From Opitutales bacterium (GTDB taxonomy: Bacteria > Verrucomicrobiota > Verrucomicrobiia > Opitutales > Coraliomargaritaceae): a stretch of 64,000 nucleotides of DNA. The stretch lies in NCBI GenBank assembly GCA_049598495.1, contig JBMYNR010000005.1, positions 15,618 to 79,617 of the forward strand, read 5' to 3'. The position numbers and the translations under genes are program-made. The notes under the pieces were generated by a model. It was not told the origin of the DNA. It worked only from the letters and a program-made list of their open reading frames with translations, and ran no database searches. Positions 50,250-62,063 of the stretch are shown here, one piece after another. Position 1 is the stretch's first letter, and each line of letters opens with the position of its first letter.

Positions 50250-50990
50250 TTAATCGACGAGTGTGCCGATCTCTTCGCCCATGACGGCGCGATAGATCGC
50301 ACCGGGTTCTTTCATGCTAAAAACGAGAATAGGGAGCTTGTTTTCCATGCATAGGGAAAATGCGGTGGAATCCATGATCTTAAGGCGATCTCGGAGGGCA
50401 TCGATATATGGCACGTGGTCATATTTCAGTGCGTCGTTGTGTTTTTCCGGATCCTTGTCGTAGATGCCGTCGACCTTTGTTGCCTTCATCAGCATGTCGG
50501 CGCCAATCTCACTCGCCCGCAGGGCAGCCGTAGTATCTGTGGAGAAGTATGGATTCCCCGTGCCACCTGCGAAGATCACCACGCGGCCACGCTCGAGGTG
50601 GCGTGTCGCCCGACGGAGAATGAAAGGTTCTGCGAGTTTATCCATCGGGATGGCACTTTGCAGTCGGGTGGTGACGCCGAGCTTCTCGAGGCAGTCCATC
50701 AAGGCGAGCCCGTTGATGACGGTAGCGAGCATTCCCATGTAGTCGCCGGTCGTGCGGGCCACACCCTTCATTTCCGCTCCACTCAGTCCGCGGAAGATAT
50801 TGCCTCCGCCAATGACCAGGCCGATCTGAACTCCGATATCGTAGACTTTCTTAACTTCCTCGCAGATAGCCTTGAGTGTCCCAGGGTCAATCGGCTCGCC
50901 ATCCTCGGTGTTTCGCAGGACTTCCCCGCTAAGCTTGAGGATAATGCGGCGATATTTCGGTTGTGGGCCCGATTGGTCTGCTGTTGTCAT
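50250..50990 (-). CDS. pyrH: UMP kinase
   Basis: [33 protein letters not shown]. Confidence 0.98.
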   Translation of the reverse strand: MTTADQSGPQPKYRRIILKLSGEVLRNTEDGEPIDPGTLKAICEEVKKVYDIGVQIGLVIGGGNIFRGLSGAEMKGVARTTGDYMGMLATVINGLALMDCLEKLGVTTRLQSAIPMDKLAEPFILRRATRHLERGRVVIFAGGTGNPYFSTDTTAALRASEIGADMLMKATKVDGIYDKDPEKHNDALKYDHVPYIDALRDRLKIMDSTAFSLCMENKLPILVFSMKEPGAIYRAVMGEEIGTLVD

Positions 50991-51153
50991 TAAAAACTTC
51001 TTAAACCTGCTTTCGCACCCTTCGTCAACCTATGTCTTTCGTCTTCGGCAATTTTCGGCTCGTGGCCCTCGGTAATCTATCCTTGAAACTTCCGCCTGCT
51101 AGTATTGCTTATGCGGCTTCACTTTCCACAGTTTAGACACATTGCATCCTAAA

Positions 51154-52368
51154 ATGGCTCTCATCGTTCAGAAATACGGCGGCACATCAGTCGGTGATAT
51201 CGATCGCATTCGGAACGTCGCTCAGCGAGTGAAGGAGACCTACGAGGCGGGCAACCAAGTCGTGGTCGTTGTTTCCGCGCGTTCCGGTGTTACCAATGAG
51301 CTGATCGGCCGAGCCAAGGCGCTCAATCCGAACCCCGACGAGCGGGAGATGGACATGCTTCTTGCGGTAGGCGAGCAGGAGACGATCGCCCTCACTGCTA
51401 TGGCGCTTCATGCAATTGGCGTGCCGGCGGTTTCCCGGACCGGCAGGCAGGCCGGGATTGTCACGGACCCCTCGCACACACGCGCACGGATTACTCGTAT
51501 CTCGGGTGGGGATATTAAAGAACAGCTTGGTTCCGGAAAAGTTGTCATTCTTGCGGGTTTTCAGGGGCATTCAGCAGAGGGGCAGATTACCACGCTGGGG
51601 CGCGGTGGCTCCGATCTTAGCGCAATCGCGATTGCGGCCGCACTCGACGCAGACCTCTGTCAGATTTGCACAGATGTCGACGGTGTTTATACAGCAGACC
51701 CCCGAGTGGTGACGGATGCTAGAAAGCTCGATGAAATTTCCTACGAAGAGATGTTGGAGCTCGCCAGCTCAGGCTCTAAAGTCATGCAGAATCGCGCGGT
51801 GGAGTTCGCGCAGAAATACAATGTCGTTTTTGAAGTCCGTTCCAGTTTTAATAACAACCCCGGTACTATTGTGAAAGAAGAAGTCGCCTCCATGGAAGAC
51901 GTCGTCGTAAGCGGCGTTGCGCTCGATAAGAATCAGGCCAAGATCGTGGTCAGCGATTTGCCCGACCGGCCAGGCACGGCGGCGAAGCTCTTCCAGGCAC
52001 TCGGACAGGCAGGGATCAGTGTTGATATGATCGTCCAGAACCTAGGTCGTGACGGAAAGGCGAATATGACCTTTACCGTCCAGCGAGATGATATCTTCCG
52101 CGCGGAGAAGGTAGTCACTGAGTCATTTCCTGATGAAGCTGCGGGCAAGCTCTTCGAGGCGAGTGATATTGCAAAGGTGTCGGTCGTCGGGGTCGGTATG
52201 CGCTCGCATTCGGGCGTCGCGGCTACGCTTTTTGAGGCACTCGCCGAAGGTAGCGTCAATATTCAGCTTGTTAGCACCTCGGAGATCAAAATTTCGGTCG
52301 GAATCGATCCTGCCGATGCAGAAGAGGCGACCCGTATGGTCCACGCGGCCTTTGGTTTGTCGGAATAG
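51154..52368 (+). CDS. lysC: Aspartate kinase with two ACT domains
   Basis: VQKYGGTSV, TTLGRGGSD, TDVDGVYTADP, STSEIKIS. Confidence 0.96.
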   Translation: MALIVQKYGGTSVGDIDRIRNVAQRVKETYEAGNQVVVVVSARSGVTNELIGRAKALNPNPDEREMDMLLAVGEQETIALTAMALHAIGVPAVSRTGRQAGIVTDPSHTRARITRISGGDIKEQLGSGKVVILAGFQGHSAEGQITTLGRGGSDLSAIAIAAALDADLCQICTDVDGVYTADPRVVTDARKLDEISYEEMLELASSGSKVMQNRAVEFAQKYNVVFEVRSSFNNNPGTIVKEEVASMEDVVVSGVALDKNQAKIVVSDLPDRPGTAAKLFQALGQAGISVDMIVQNLGRDGKANMTFTVQRDDIFRAEKVVTESFPDEAAGKLFEASDIAKVSVVGVGMRSHSGVAATLFEALAEGSVNIQLVSTSEIKISVGIDPADAEEATRMVHAAFGLSE

Positions 52369-52376
52369 ACAAAGCC

Positions 52377-53729
52377 ATGCAGTATATGAGCACACGCGGC
52401 CAAGTGCCGCCAGTTTCCTTCTCCACTGCGGTTGCGCAGGGACTCGCACCTGATGGGGGACTCTATCTCCCGGAGGAATTACCCGACCTGAGACCCTTCT
52501 TGAAGGATTGGGCGAATATGAGCTACGCCGAACTCTGTGAGGCTTTTTTCGCTATCTTCGCAACGGACATCCCGTCGGAGGAACTTCATAAGATTGTCGT
52601 CGGCAGCTACACTAAGTTCGATCATCCTGACATCGCACCAATTGTGAAGCTTGATGAGGATCGCTATGTGCTCGAACTCTTCCATGGCCCGACTCTCGCG
52701 TTCAAGGACTTTGCGCTGCAACTGGTCGGCAATCTCTACGAATCCCAAATTGCCCGCACGGGTAAGGGCATCTCCGTCCTCGGGGCAACTTCCGGAGATA
52801 CCGGAGCCGCCGCGATTCACGGTCTCCTTGGCAAAGAAGGGGTGACAACTTTCATCCTTTATCCCGATGGGCGTATCTCCCCCTTGCAGGAGCGCCAAAT
52901 GACCTGCACAGGTGCGGATAATGTCTTCCCCTTGGCGATCAAGGGTAGCTTTGATGACGCACAGACGGCGATGAAGACGGTTTTTGAGGATCGTGCATTT
53001 GCCGACGAGGTTGGGCTTTCGGCGGTCAACTCGATCAATCTGGCGCGTATTCTTGCTCAATGCGTCTACTATCTTTCCGCCTACTTCCGCCTCCCCGAGT
53101 CAGTGCGCGATGATATCACCTTCGTGGTGCCGACAGGTAACTTTGGCAATGTGCTTGCGGGCTGGCTCGTCCAGCGGATGGGCGTGCCCTTAAAGGGCTA
53201 CCGTGTGGCAACCAACCAAAATGACATACTACACCGGCTCTTCGAAACGGGGGTCTATAAGTTGGATGCGGTCGCTCCCAGTGTGGCGCCTTCGATGGAT
53301 ATTCAGGTCGCCTCGAATTTTGAGCGCTTTATCTACTATGCCGAAGGGCGTGATCAGGCAAGGGTCCGAGAAATTATCGCGACCTTCAAGAAGACCGGGG
53401 AATACGTCTTCGAAGATTTTGACCACGACTCCTTTAGTAGTTCGCGCGCGGACGATGCTGAGATTTCGAGAATCATCAAAGAAGTGTATACGAAATACGG
53501 ATACGTAGTGGACCCGCATACAGCGTGTGGATTTGTCGACGGATTCGAGGGTAAGGAGATTATTCTGGCAACCGCACACCCGGCCAAATTTCCGGACACG
53601 ATTCAGGCGGCCATCGGGCAGGATTCGACGCACCCTTCCTTGGAGGCGCTCAAGTCGCGCCCAATTGTGAAGCATGGCGTTGAGCCGACACCCGAAGCCA
53701 TAAAGGCCTTCATGCGCGCTAATATTTGA
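52377..53729 (+). CDS. thrC: Threonine synthase
   Basis: YMSTRG, GLAPDGGL, ELFHGPTLAFKD, ATSGDTG, VPTGNFG, ATAHPAKF. Confidence 0.97.
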   Translation: MQYMSTRGQVPPVSFSTAVAQGLAPDGGLYLPEELPDLRPFLKDWANMSYAELCEAFFAIFATDIPSEELHKIVVGSYTKFDHPDIAPIVKLDEDRYVLELFHGPTLAFKDFALQLVGNLYESQIARTGKGISVLGATSGDTGAAAIHGLLGKEGVTTFILYPDGRISPLQERQMTCTGADNVFPLAIKGSFDDAQTAMKTVFEDRAFADEVGLSAVNSINLARILAQCVYYLSAYFRLPESVRDDITFVVPTGNFGNVLAGWLVQRMGVPLKGYRVATNQNDILHRLFETGVYKLDAVAPSVAPSMDIQVASNFERFIYYAEGRDQARVREIIATFKKTGEYVFEDFDHDSFSSSRADDAEISRIIKEVYTKYGYVVDPHTACGFVDGFEGKEIILATAHPAKFPDTIQAAIGQDSTHPSLEALKSRPIVKHGVEPTPEAIKAFMRANI

Positions 53730-54684
53730 CGGCGCCGAGGAACGCCACGGTACGGCGCTCCGACCAGTATTGGCCTGCCTCGTTGAATTCGACGAAGCCA
53801 AGATGTCCACCGTGCTTCGGCGTTTCCATCTGGAAGGAGGGGTTCGCCTTCGCTGCTTTGTGTGGGAAACATGCCGGCGTGAGAAAGGGGTCATCGAGGG
53901 CATTGATTAGAAGAGTCGGTATGGTGATGTCCTCGAGTACGCTTATGCAGCTGGATTGGTTCCAGTAATCGTCGGCGTCTTTAAATCCATGGATCGGCCC
54001 TGTGTAGCGGCCGTCAAATTCAGCGAATGTGCGCATGATATCCAGCCCGTCGGTGGTAATTTGGTCGGGGAAGCGAAGCGCTTTCTCATGAACCTTTTGA
54101 CGCAGACTCCACATGAAACGCCTCATATACAGGCGGTTCTGCCAGTGCTCCAATTTCCTTGCACTGGTCGCCAGATCACAGGGCACGCTGAGTGCGACTG
54201 CGGCCCGAATCCGTCCGTCGAGGGACGGGCCGGCATCGCCCAGATACTTGAGCATAAGGTTCCCGCCGAGGCTGAAACCAACCAGAATGATCTCGTCGTA
54301 GGTCGTGTTGGAGAAGACATGATCCAATACGATCTGCAGCTCGCCGGTGGCGCCGCTGTGGTAGCTTTGGAGCTTGTGGTTCGGCTCACCGCTGCAGCCG
54401 CGAAAGTTCCACGCGAGGATATCCCAGCCTGCGCGTTGCAAAGCTCCAGCCATCCCTTGACAGTAGGCTCCGCGGGAGTGCCCCTCGAGGCCGTGGGTCA
54501 GAATGGCGAGGCGCTTTGCGCCATTCGGTGGGCTCCAATCAAGGTCGAGAAAATCGTTGTCTGGGGTTTGTATCCGCTCGCTCCGCGAAGTCACCAGCGG
54601 CACTCTGCGGAAGAGAGTCGGGTAGATCGTCTGCAAGTGCGCGCTTCGGAAGAGGAGGGGTGGATGATATACATGCGGATTCAC
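53719..54684 (-). CDS. YheT-family alpha/beta hydrolase
   Basis: HLQTI, DFLDLDW, HGLEG, NFRGCSG, GFSLGG nucleophile elbow, DDPF, GGHLGF. Start uncertain; GTG 54684 chosen. Confidence 0.9.
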   Translation of the reverse strand: MNPHVYHPPLLFRSAHLQTIYPTLFRRVPLVTSRSERIQTPDNDFLDLDWSPPNGAKRLAILTHGLEGHSRGAYCQGMAGALQRAGWDILAWNFRGCSGEPNHKLQSYHSGATGELQIVLDHVFSNTTYDEIILVGFSLGGNLMLKYLGDAGPSLDGRIRAAVALSVPCDLATSARKLEHWQNRLYMRRFMWSLRQKVHEKALRFPDQITTDGLDIMRTFAEFDGRYTGPIHGFKDADDYWNQSSCISVLEDITIPTLLINALDDPFLTPACFPHKAAKANPSFQMETPKHGGHLGFVEFNEAGQYWSERRTVAFLGAVKY

Positions 54685-54702
54685 TTGGAAAATCGGAAAA
54701 AT

Positions 54703-54722
54703 CATGCATTTATTCATGCATG
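54703..54722. promoter_or_regulatory. Inverted repeat overlapping the antitoxin start (candidate TA operator)
   Basis: CATGCAT-TTATTC-ATGCATG. Confidence 0.5.
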
Positions 54723-54989
54723 GCAATTAAAACAATTAGTCTGGAGCTCGACGCTTACGAGCGATTAAAGCGGGCGAAGCGCGGTAAGGAGTCGTTCTCA
54801 GCGGTCGTGCGGCGTGCGCGTTTTGATGCGCCGGATTCGAGCGGCGCGTCTATCCTTGCGGAGACCGAGGCACTTTACAATGGCAAGACCGAGGTGTCCA
54901 AAAAGACGCTCAGTTACTGGGATCGGCTTGAAGCGGAGGATGCAGCAACCCCGAGGGTCTCTGACAGCAGGTGGGATACTGAAGCATGA
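54720..54989 (+). CDS. vapB: VapB-type antitoxin (KTIS...AYERLK...ESFS family)
   Basis: MAIKTISLELDAYERLKRAKRGKESFSAVVRR; ATGA overlap with the downstream PIN gene. Confidence 0.8.
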   Translation: MAIKTISLELDAYERLKRAKRGKESFSAVVRRARFDAPDSSGASILAETEALYNGKTEVSKKTLSYWDRLEAEDAATPRVSDSRWDTEA

Positions 54990-55362
54990 TACTCGGTACT
55001 TGTTTCCTGATCGATCTTCAGCGCGAGTTCAAGAAGGGTGAATCAGGTCGTGCGACCCGCTTCTTGGAGTTGAACCCGTCGTGTATCTTCAAGATCTCGG
55101 TGATCTCGGCCACAGAGTTTCTCGAGGGCTTTGAAACTATCTCTGATGGAGAGCGTTTCCTGCGTGCCTATGCGCGGGTTGATGTGGACTCGACCGTCGC
55201 CGCTCACGCGGCTGCGATCCGTCGGCATTTAAGGTTACGAGGTGAACTGATTGGCGATTTTGATATCCTGATCGCCGCGACGGCAATTGCTGAGGAGGTC
55301 CCTTTGGTCACCCGAAACACCGACCACTTCAAACGTTTATCAGGGATTGAGATCGTCGCGTA

Positions 55363-55366
<4 letters not shown>
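54986..55366 (+). CDS. vapC: VapC PIN-domain toxin; first catalytic Asp replaced by Gly
   Basis: [40 protein letters not shown]. Confidence 0.88.
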
Positions 55367-57222
<1,856 letters not shown>

Positions 57223-57319
57223 TAATCGATATTTAAGATCTGATAATTTTTTGGATGGGTGGTGGTCGGAAAAGGTGGACTGCTTGTGTTATGAAGCTGC
57301 TTGCCATAGTCATGACCGA

Positions 57320-58213
57320 CTATTTCGCGAGTGGTTCACCCATGTTCATAAGTGGCAATGGCGCAGGGGACTCTCCATTTAGAAAATAGATCTTACTGGA
57401 GGCATCTTTCGAGATCTCTTTTAGTGCATCCAGGGCCTGCAGTTGTACGTAGGCTGGATTTTGAGCAATGGCTTCGTTGAGCTTGGTGATCTCATAAGCT
57501 TGTGCATCCGCAATGACCCGCCGTTGTTCGGCTTCGAGTTCGGCGGCGTCACGCTCGGCCTGTGCTTGAGCAATTTTTTGTTGTTGCTCCGTGCGAAAGC
57601 GCTCGAGTTCAGCTTTCTGCTTTTCTACTTCCTGCTCGCGCTCTTTTTTCGACTCAATTGCCCGTGTGATGAAGGGGGGGAGGCTGATATCACGAATGAG
57701 AATATCGAGGCAAATGATACCACGCGGTTCAAGGTAATCACGCATGGTTTCAAAGATGGCGGCTTGCAGATTCTCCTGTGTCTCCTGCAGGAAAAAGTCC
57801 TCTGCTCGCACGATGCTCTTGCCCTGCTCACGGACGGCGGAACGGAGTTTCGGCTGTATCTGAACACGGACTGCATCCTCAAACGTACCCGTTTCCTGAA
57901 GCATGCGGGGTGCATCCGCGCCATTAATACGAAACTTTATACTGACATCGACGGTGGTCGTGAGCTGATCCTGGCTGGGGACCCCGGCGGTTTCCTTAAG
58001 TTCCTTTTCACGAACATCGTAAAATGTGAAATGATATAGCGGATTGACCGGGATATGGAGACCCTCGGCATAGGGATCATCCCGAACCTCGCCGAAGAGA
58101 GAGGCAACCGCTACGTGACCGGCGGGAACACTCACGAAGAAGCGACTTCCTGCGATGACGATGATCGCAAGAAGGATGACAATAATAGTGGCGGAAACGG
58201 ATTGTTTGCTCAT
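57320..58213 (-). CDS. SPFH/prohibitin (band 7) family membrane protein
   Basis: N-terminal TM, VPAGHVAV..LFG, EGLH..NP, ILIRDI.LP, coiled-coil Glu/Gln/Ala-rich tail. Confidence 0.9.
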   Translation of the reverse strand: MSKQSVSATIIVILLAIIVIAGSRFFVSVPAGHVAVASLFGEVRDDPYAEGLHIPVNPLYHFTFYDVREKELKETAGVPSQDQLTTTVDVSIKFRINGADAPRMLQETGTFEDAVRVQIQPKLRSAVREQGKSIVRAEDFFLQETQENLQAAIFETMRDYLEPRGIICLDILIRDISLPPFITRAIESKKEREQEVEKQKAELERFRTEQQQKIAQAQAERDAAELEAEQRRVIADAQAYEITKLNEAIAQNPAYVQLQALDALKEISKDASSKIYFLNGESPAPLPLMNMGEPLAK

Positions 58214-58275
58214 GAAGGCTAGAGTTAGACGCTTTTTCTTGGCTGTCAGCCGAAAATGCGCGTATTTCTTCAATT

Positions 58276-59307
58276 GTGTCAGATAGGGGGGCGATAATTT
58301 TGAAACGTGTCCGGGAGGAGGCTTTAGCGCTCGGCTTTCACGCCGTCGCTGCGGCGCCTGTGCCAATGGAGCTGCGCCGTGAATACTACCTCCAATGGAT
58401 TGCCGACGGTCGGCACGGCACGATGAATTGGATGGAGCGCAATAACGAGCGACGTCTGCAGCCGGAACGACTTATCCCGGAGACCGAGGCCAAGTCGATC
58501 ATCGTTCTTGCGCTCAATTACTACCAGCCTGATCCGGATCGCAATTTTCGCGTCGCGAAATATGCGCTGGGCGATGACTACCATAATTTCATGCTGCGGC
58601 GCATTAAGCGGATCTGTCGTATGCTTCGCGAGGAGTTTGGGGGCGAGCATCGTCCCTATGTTGATACCGGGCCCTTATTGGAAAAGCCCATTGCAGAAGC
58701 CGCTGGCTTGGGCTGGCAGGGCAAGAGCACCATACTCATTGAGCCCAAGCGGGGGACATGGAGCCTTCTTGCCAATATCGTCACCACGCTTGAATTGCCC
58801 CAAGGCGAGCCAATCAAGGACCGTTGCGGAACCTGTACCCGCTGTATCGATCTGTGCCCCACAAAAGCCATTACCGCCCCGTATCAATTGGATGCTTCGA
58901 AGTGTATCTCCTATCTCACAATCGAGCATCAGGGATCCATCCCCGAGGCCTTTCGTGAAGCGATCGGAGACCGGCTCTTTGGCTGCGATGAGTGTCTCGA
59001 TGTGTGTCCATGGAATAAATGGGCTGTTCCAACGGGGGAGGCCAAGTTCGCAGCAAGGAAGCTGCCCGCGCTTCGGGAGATGCTTGGCTGGGACGAGGCG
59101 ACCTTCACCGAGCGCATGCGCGGCTCGCCGATGCGTCGCCCCAAACTCAATGGCTTCAAGCGAAACCTCTGTGTTGTTCTGGGAAATGTAGGTCGGGCGG
59201 AGGATTTGGACGCGCTTGCGGAAATCGCTGCCTGCGGCGACCCGGTTCTCATGGAGCATGCCGATTGGGCGATCCGGCGTATTCGCGAACGCACGCAGGT
59301 CCTGTGA
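58276..59307 (+). CDS. queG: Epoxyqueuosine reductase
   Basis: AKYALGDDYH, VDTGPLLEK, AGLGWQGK, CGTCTRCIDLCP, CISYLTIE, FGCDECLDVCPWN. Confidence 0.95.
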   Translation: MSDRGAIILKRVREEALALGFHAVAAAPVPMELRREYYLQWIADGRHGTMNWMERNNERRLQPERLIPETEAKSIIVLALNYYQPDPDRNFRVAKYALGDDYHNFMLRRIKRICRMLREEFGGEHRPYVDTGPLLEKPIAEAAGLGWQGKSTILIEPKRGTWSLLANIVTTLELPQGEPIKDRCGTCTRCIDLCPTKAITAPYQLDASKCISYLTIEHQGSIPEAFREAIGDRLFGCDECLDVCPWNKWAVPTGEAKFAARKLPALREMLGWDEATFTERMRGSPMRRPKLNGFKRNLCVVLGNVGRAEDLDALAEIAACGDPVLMEHADWAIRRIRERTQVL

Positions 59308-59468
59308 TGCTCAACTTGTTTGCACAATTTCAGTGCCTTGCCTGGGATCGTTACAAGTGCCGTCGGCGCTAACAGGAGGTGGGCCTCCTGCGGGATTTTT
59401 TCGAAGCGCTATAACAGCAACATCTTAATTTCTAGTTTTTGTTGCGATCCACGTTTCATTCCCAAAAC

Positions 59469-59822
59469 ATGGCACCCTCAAAAAGACTCTCTATGACTAT
59501 GGAAAACAGCTTCATCAGTTCCGAAGGCCGCATCGGTCGCCTTGCTTTTATTGTTCGTCTCGTGCTTTTGACCCTTCTCGCACTCGGCATCACTAAGGTC
59601 GCTATCGACTACTTCAACCACTGGCATCACGGCAATTACAGCCCGCTTGGACCTTTTATCGCAATCGTTGTGGGCACAATTTGTCTCTTGGTTGGGCTCA
59701 TGCAGCTTCTTAAGCGGCTTCACGATCTAGGCAAGCCAGCCTATTGGGCGCTGCTCATGCTCTTTCCAGGCGTGAATCTCCTGCTCCTGCTTTACGCGCT
59801 CGTGGCTCCTTCGAAAGACTGA
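59469..59822 (+). CDS. DUF805-family membrane protein
   Basis: EGRIGR, KRLHDLGKP.YW, three hydrophobic segments; start uncertain. Confidence 0.8.
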   Translation: MAPSKRLSMTMENSFISSEGRIGRLAFIVRLVLLTLLALGITKVAIDYFNHWHHGNYSPLGPFIAIVVGTICLLVGLMQLLKRLHDLGKPAYWALLMLFPGVNLLLLLYALVAPSKD

Positions 59823-59966
59823 TTCTAGCTCAGCGCCAGCGCCTGAAAGGAGGCTGTATCGGCGGATAAATAGGCATTGACCGTAAAATGCCTATACCCT
59901 TTATTCTCCCGCTTTTTCCAATGCGGCGTCTGCTTGCGTCGCTCGAATTCAATATCCAAACACACC

Positions 59967-61298
59967 GTGAAAACCGACGTTCAAGACATCAACCCAACCC
60001 GCAAAACCATCGCTGTCAACGTGAGTTCCGAGGAGCTTGCCGAGCAGGAGGCGAAGCTGATCAAGGACTTCAAGCGCCAGGCGAAGATTCCGGGCTTCCG
60101 CCCAGGGAAAGCTCCGGAAAATATGGTGCGCACTCGCTTTGCCAAAGATATCCAGCAGGAACTGCAGCAGCGTGTTGTCTCGCAGGCGCATCAGGAAGGT
60201 GTCGTCGGTGCTGACTTCGAGGTATTTACGATTGTCGAGCTCGATCAGGGGGAGATCGAAAGCGGTAAGGACGCGACAGTAACCTTCACCGTGGATATTA
60301 TACCCGAGTTTGATTTGCCCGTCTATGAAGGCCTTAAGGTAACCAATGGGCCGACTGAACCGTCCGAGGAAGAGGTGAGCAAGATGCTCGACCAGATTCT
60401 CAGTCAACGGGCCGAGTTCAACGTGGCTGAAAAGGCTGCCGAAAAGGGCGATTATGTTCAGTGTGCATATGAGGGCAAGATTGGCGACGATCTGGTCGCC
60501 GATCTGGTGCCCGATTCTCCAATGTATGGCACCCAAAAGACAACCTGGGAAGAAGCCGGTTCTGAGGATGCACCGGGTGTGCGGGCTGTCGTTGACGGGC
60601 TTGTCGGTATGAAGGCAGGCGACACCAAAGAAGTCACCATGGCGTTCCCGGAAGATTTCAAGCCGGAGGCACTCGCTGGCAAGACAGCGGTTTACTCACT
60701 CGAAGCGAAGGAGGTGCGTGAGAAAGTCATGCCTGAGATGGATGAGGCCTTCTTCAAGAGTCTTCAAGTCAAGGACGAGGCCGAACTACGCAAGCGTATT
60801 GGTGAGAACATTGAGAATCAAAAGAAGCAGCAAAACGCCAACGCTGAGCGCCAGCAAATTACAGAGGAGCTTCTAAAAGCGGTGGATTTTCCGATCCCTG
60901 AAAGCGGCGTCGAGGCGGAAACGGATTCGGTTCTCCGTGATTTCATGCAGCGTAATATGCTGCAAGGCGTGTCTGCGGAAGAGTTCGAAAAGCACAAGGA
61001 ATCCCTCCATGAGGGCGCAGGCAAGGCTGCGCATGATCGTCTCAAATCACGTTTGATTCTGACCAAGATTGCCGAGAAGGAAAAGATCAAGGTCGAGGAT
61101 GAGGACTTTAGCCGCATGATCATGATGGAGGCACAGCAAAGCGGACAGAAGCCTGACAAGCTGGTGAAGGAACTTCGCAAAGACCAGGATCGCGTGAACC
61201 AGATGCGTCGCGACATCATCCTTGGTAAGACAATGGATCTTCTTGTCGAGAAGGCCGAGCGTGAGACGCTCGAGTCTGTCGAGGTAGTGGGCGACTAG
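59967..61298 (+). CDS. tig: Trigger factor
   Basis: Ribosome-binding motif IPGFRPGKAP, FKBP-like domain (GMKAGD, FPEDF, LAGK); GTG start; upstream of clpP-clpX. Confidence 0.96.
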   Translation: MKTDVQDINPTRKTIAVNVSSEELAEQEAKLIKDFKRQAKIPGFRPGKAPENMVRTRFAKDIQQELQQRVVSQAHQEGVVGADFEVFTIVELDQGEIESGKDATVTFTVDIIPEFDLPVYEGLKVTNGPTEPSEEEVSKMLDQILSQRAEFNVAEKAAEKGDYVQCAYEGKIGDDLVADLVPDSPMYGTQKTTWEEAGSEDAPGVRAVVDGLVGMKAGDTKEVTMAFPEDFKPEALAGKTAVYSLEAKEVREKVMPEMDEAFFKSLQVKDEAELRKRIGENIENQKKQQNANAERQQITEELLKAVDFPIPESGVEAETDSVLRDFMQRNMLQGVSAEEFEKHKESLHEGAGKAAHDRLKSRLILTKIAEKEKIKVEDEDFSRMIMMEAQQSGQKPDKLVKELRKDQDRVNQMRRDIILGKTMDLLVEKAERETLESVEVVGD

Positions 61299-61436
61299 TT
61301 CCTGCCGCGATCCCGTGCGGTGCACGGTATTCCACATATCTGTTAAAAAGTAGAATCCGTAAAAGCATTTGATATTCGGCTCTTGGCCTGTAGGCTTCGT
61401 GTTTTATATCATCATCCTTCAATCAAATCACTGACT

Positions 61437-62033
61437 GTGAGCTACGTACCACTTCCAACTGTCTATGAACGCGAAGGCCGCACTGAGCGGGCTTGGGATA
61501 TCTACAGCCGTCTCCTGCGCGATCGTATCATTTTTATCGGCACTCCGATTAATGACTTTGTCGCTAACGCAGTCATCGCGCAGATGCTCTTCCTCCAGAT
61601 GGAAGATCCCAAAAAGGATATCAGCCTCTACATTAATTCGCCCGGTGGCAGCGTGACTGATGGTATGGCGATCTACGACACCATGAATTTTTTGCAGTGC
61701 GATGTTGTGACCTACTGTGTGGGGCAGGCAGCCAGTATGGCGACGCTCCTGCTCGCTGCGGGCACCAAGGGCAAGCGCTACGCACTGCCGAACAGCCGTG
61801 TTATGATGCACCAACCGACGGGTGGGGCCACAGGCCAGACCTCCGATATATCCATCGCGGCCAAGGAAATCCTTCGCTGGCGCGAGCGCATGAACCATCT
61901 TATCGCCAGCCATACCAATAAATCCGCCGAGGAAATTGCTGCTGATTCCGACCGTGATTTTTACCTGACAGCACAGGATGCGCTAGAGTATGGTATCGTT
62001 GATAAAGTTATTGAGGCGAAGCCCGTTTCCTAG
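61437..62033 (+). CDS. clpP: ATP-dependent Clp protease proteolytic subunit
   Basis: DIYSRLL.DRII, YINSPGG, QAASM, MMHQP, DRD. Confidence 0.98.
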   Translation: MSYVPLPTVYEREGRTERAWDIYSRLLRDRIIFIGTPINDFVANAVIAQMLFLQMEDPKKDISLYINSPGGSVTDGMAIYDTMNFLQCDVVTYCVGQAASMATLLLAAGTKGKRYALPNSRVMMHQPTGGATGQTSDISIAAKEILRWRERMNHLIASHTNKSAEEIAADSDRDFYLTAQDALEYGIVDKVIEAKPVS

Positions 62034-62063
62034 CCGCCCTGTCTTTTCTGCCCCTTTAAACAC

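Noticed and set aside
53719..54684. The alpha/beta hydrolase as the missing OleB
   Set aside because: It has a Ser nucleophile (GFSLGG) and YheT motifs, whereas OleB is haloalkane-dehalogenase-like with an Asp nucleophile; it is also 6 kb from oleCD.
53956..54768. 270-aa plus-strand ORF
   Set aside because: Antisense to the well-supported YheT-family hydrolase, with no domain features.
59823..59966. tRNA upstream of tig, a common location
   Set aside because: No cloverleaf, no GTTCRA T-loop and no CCA end.
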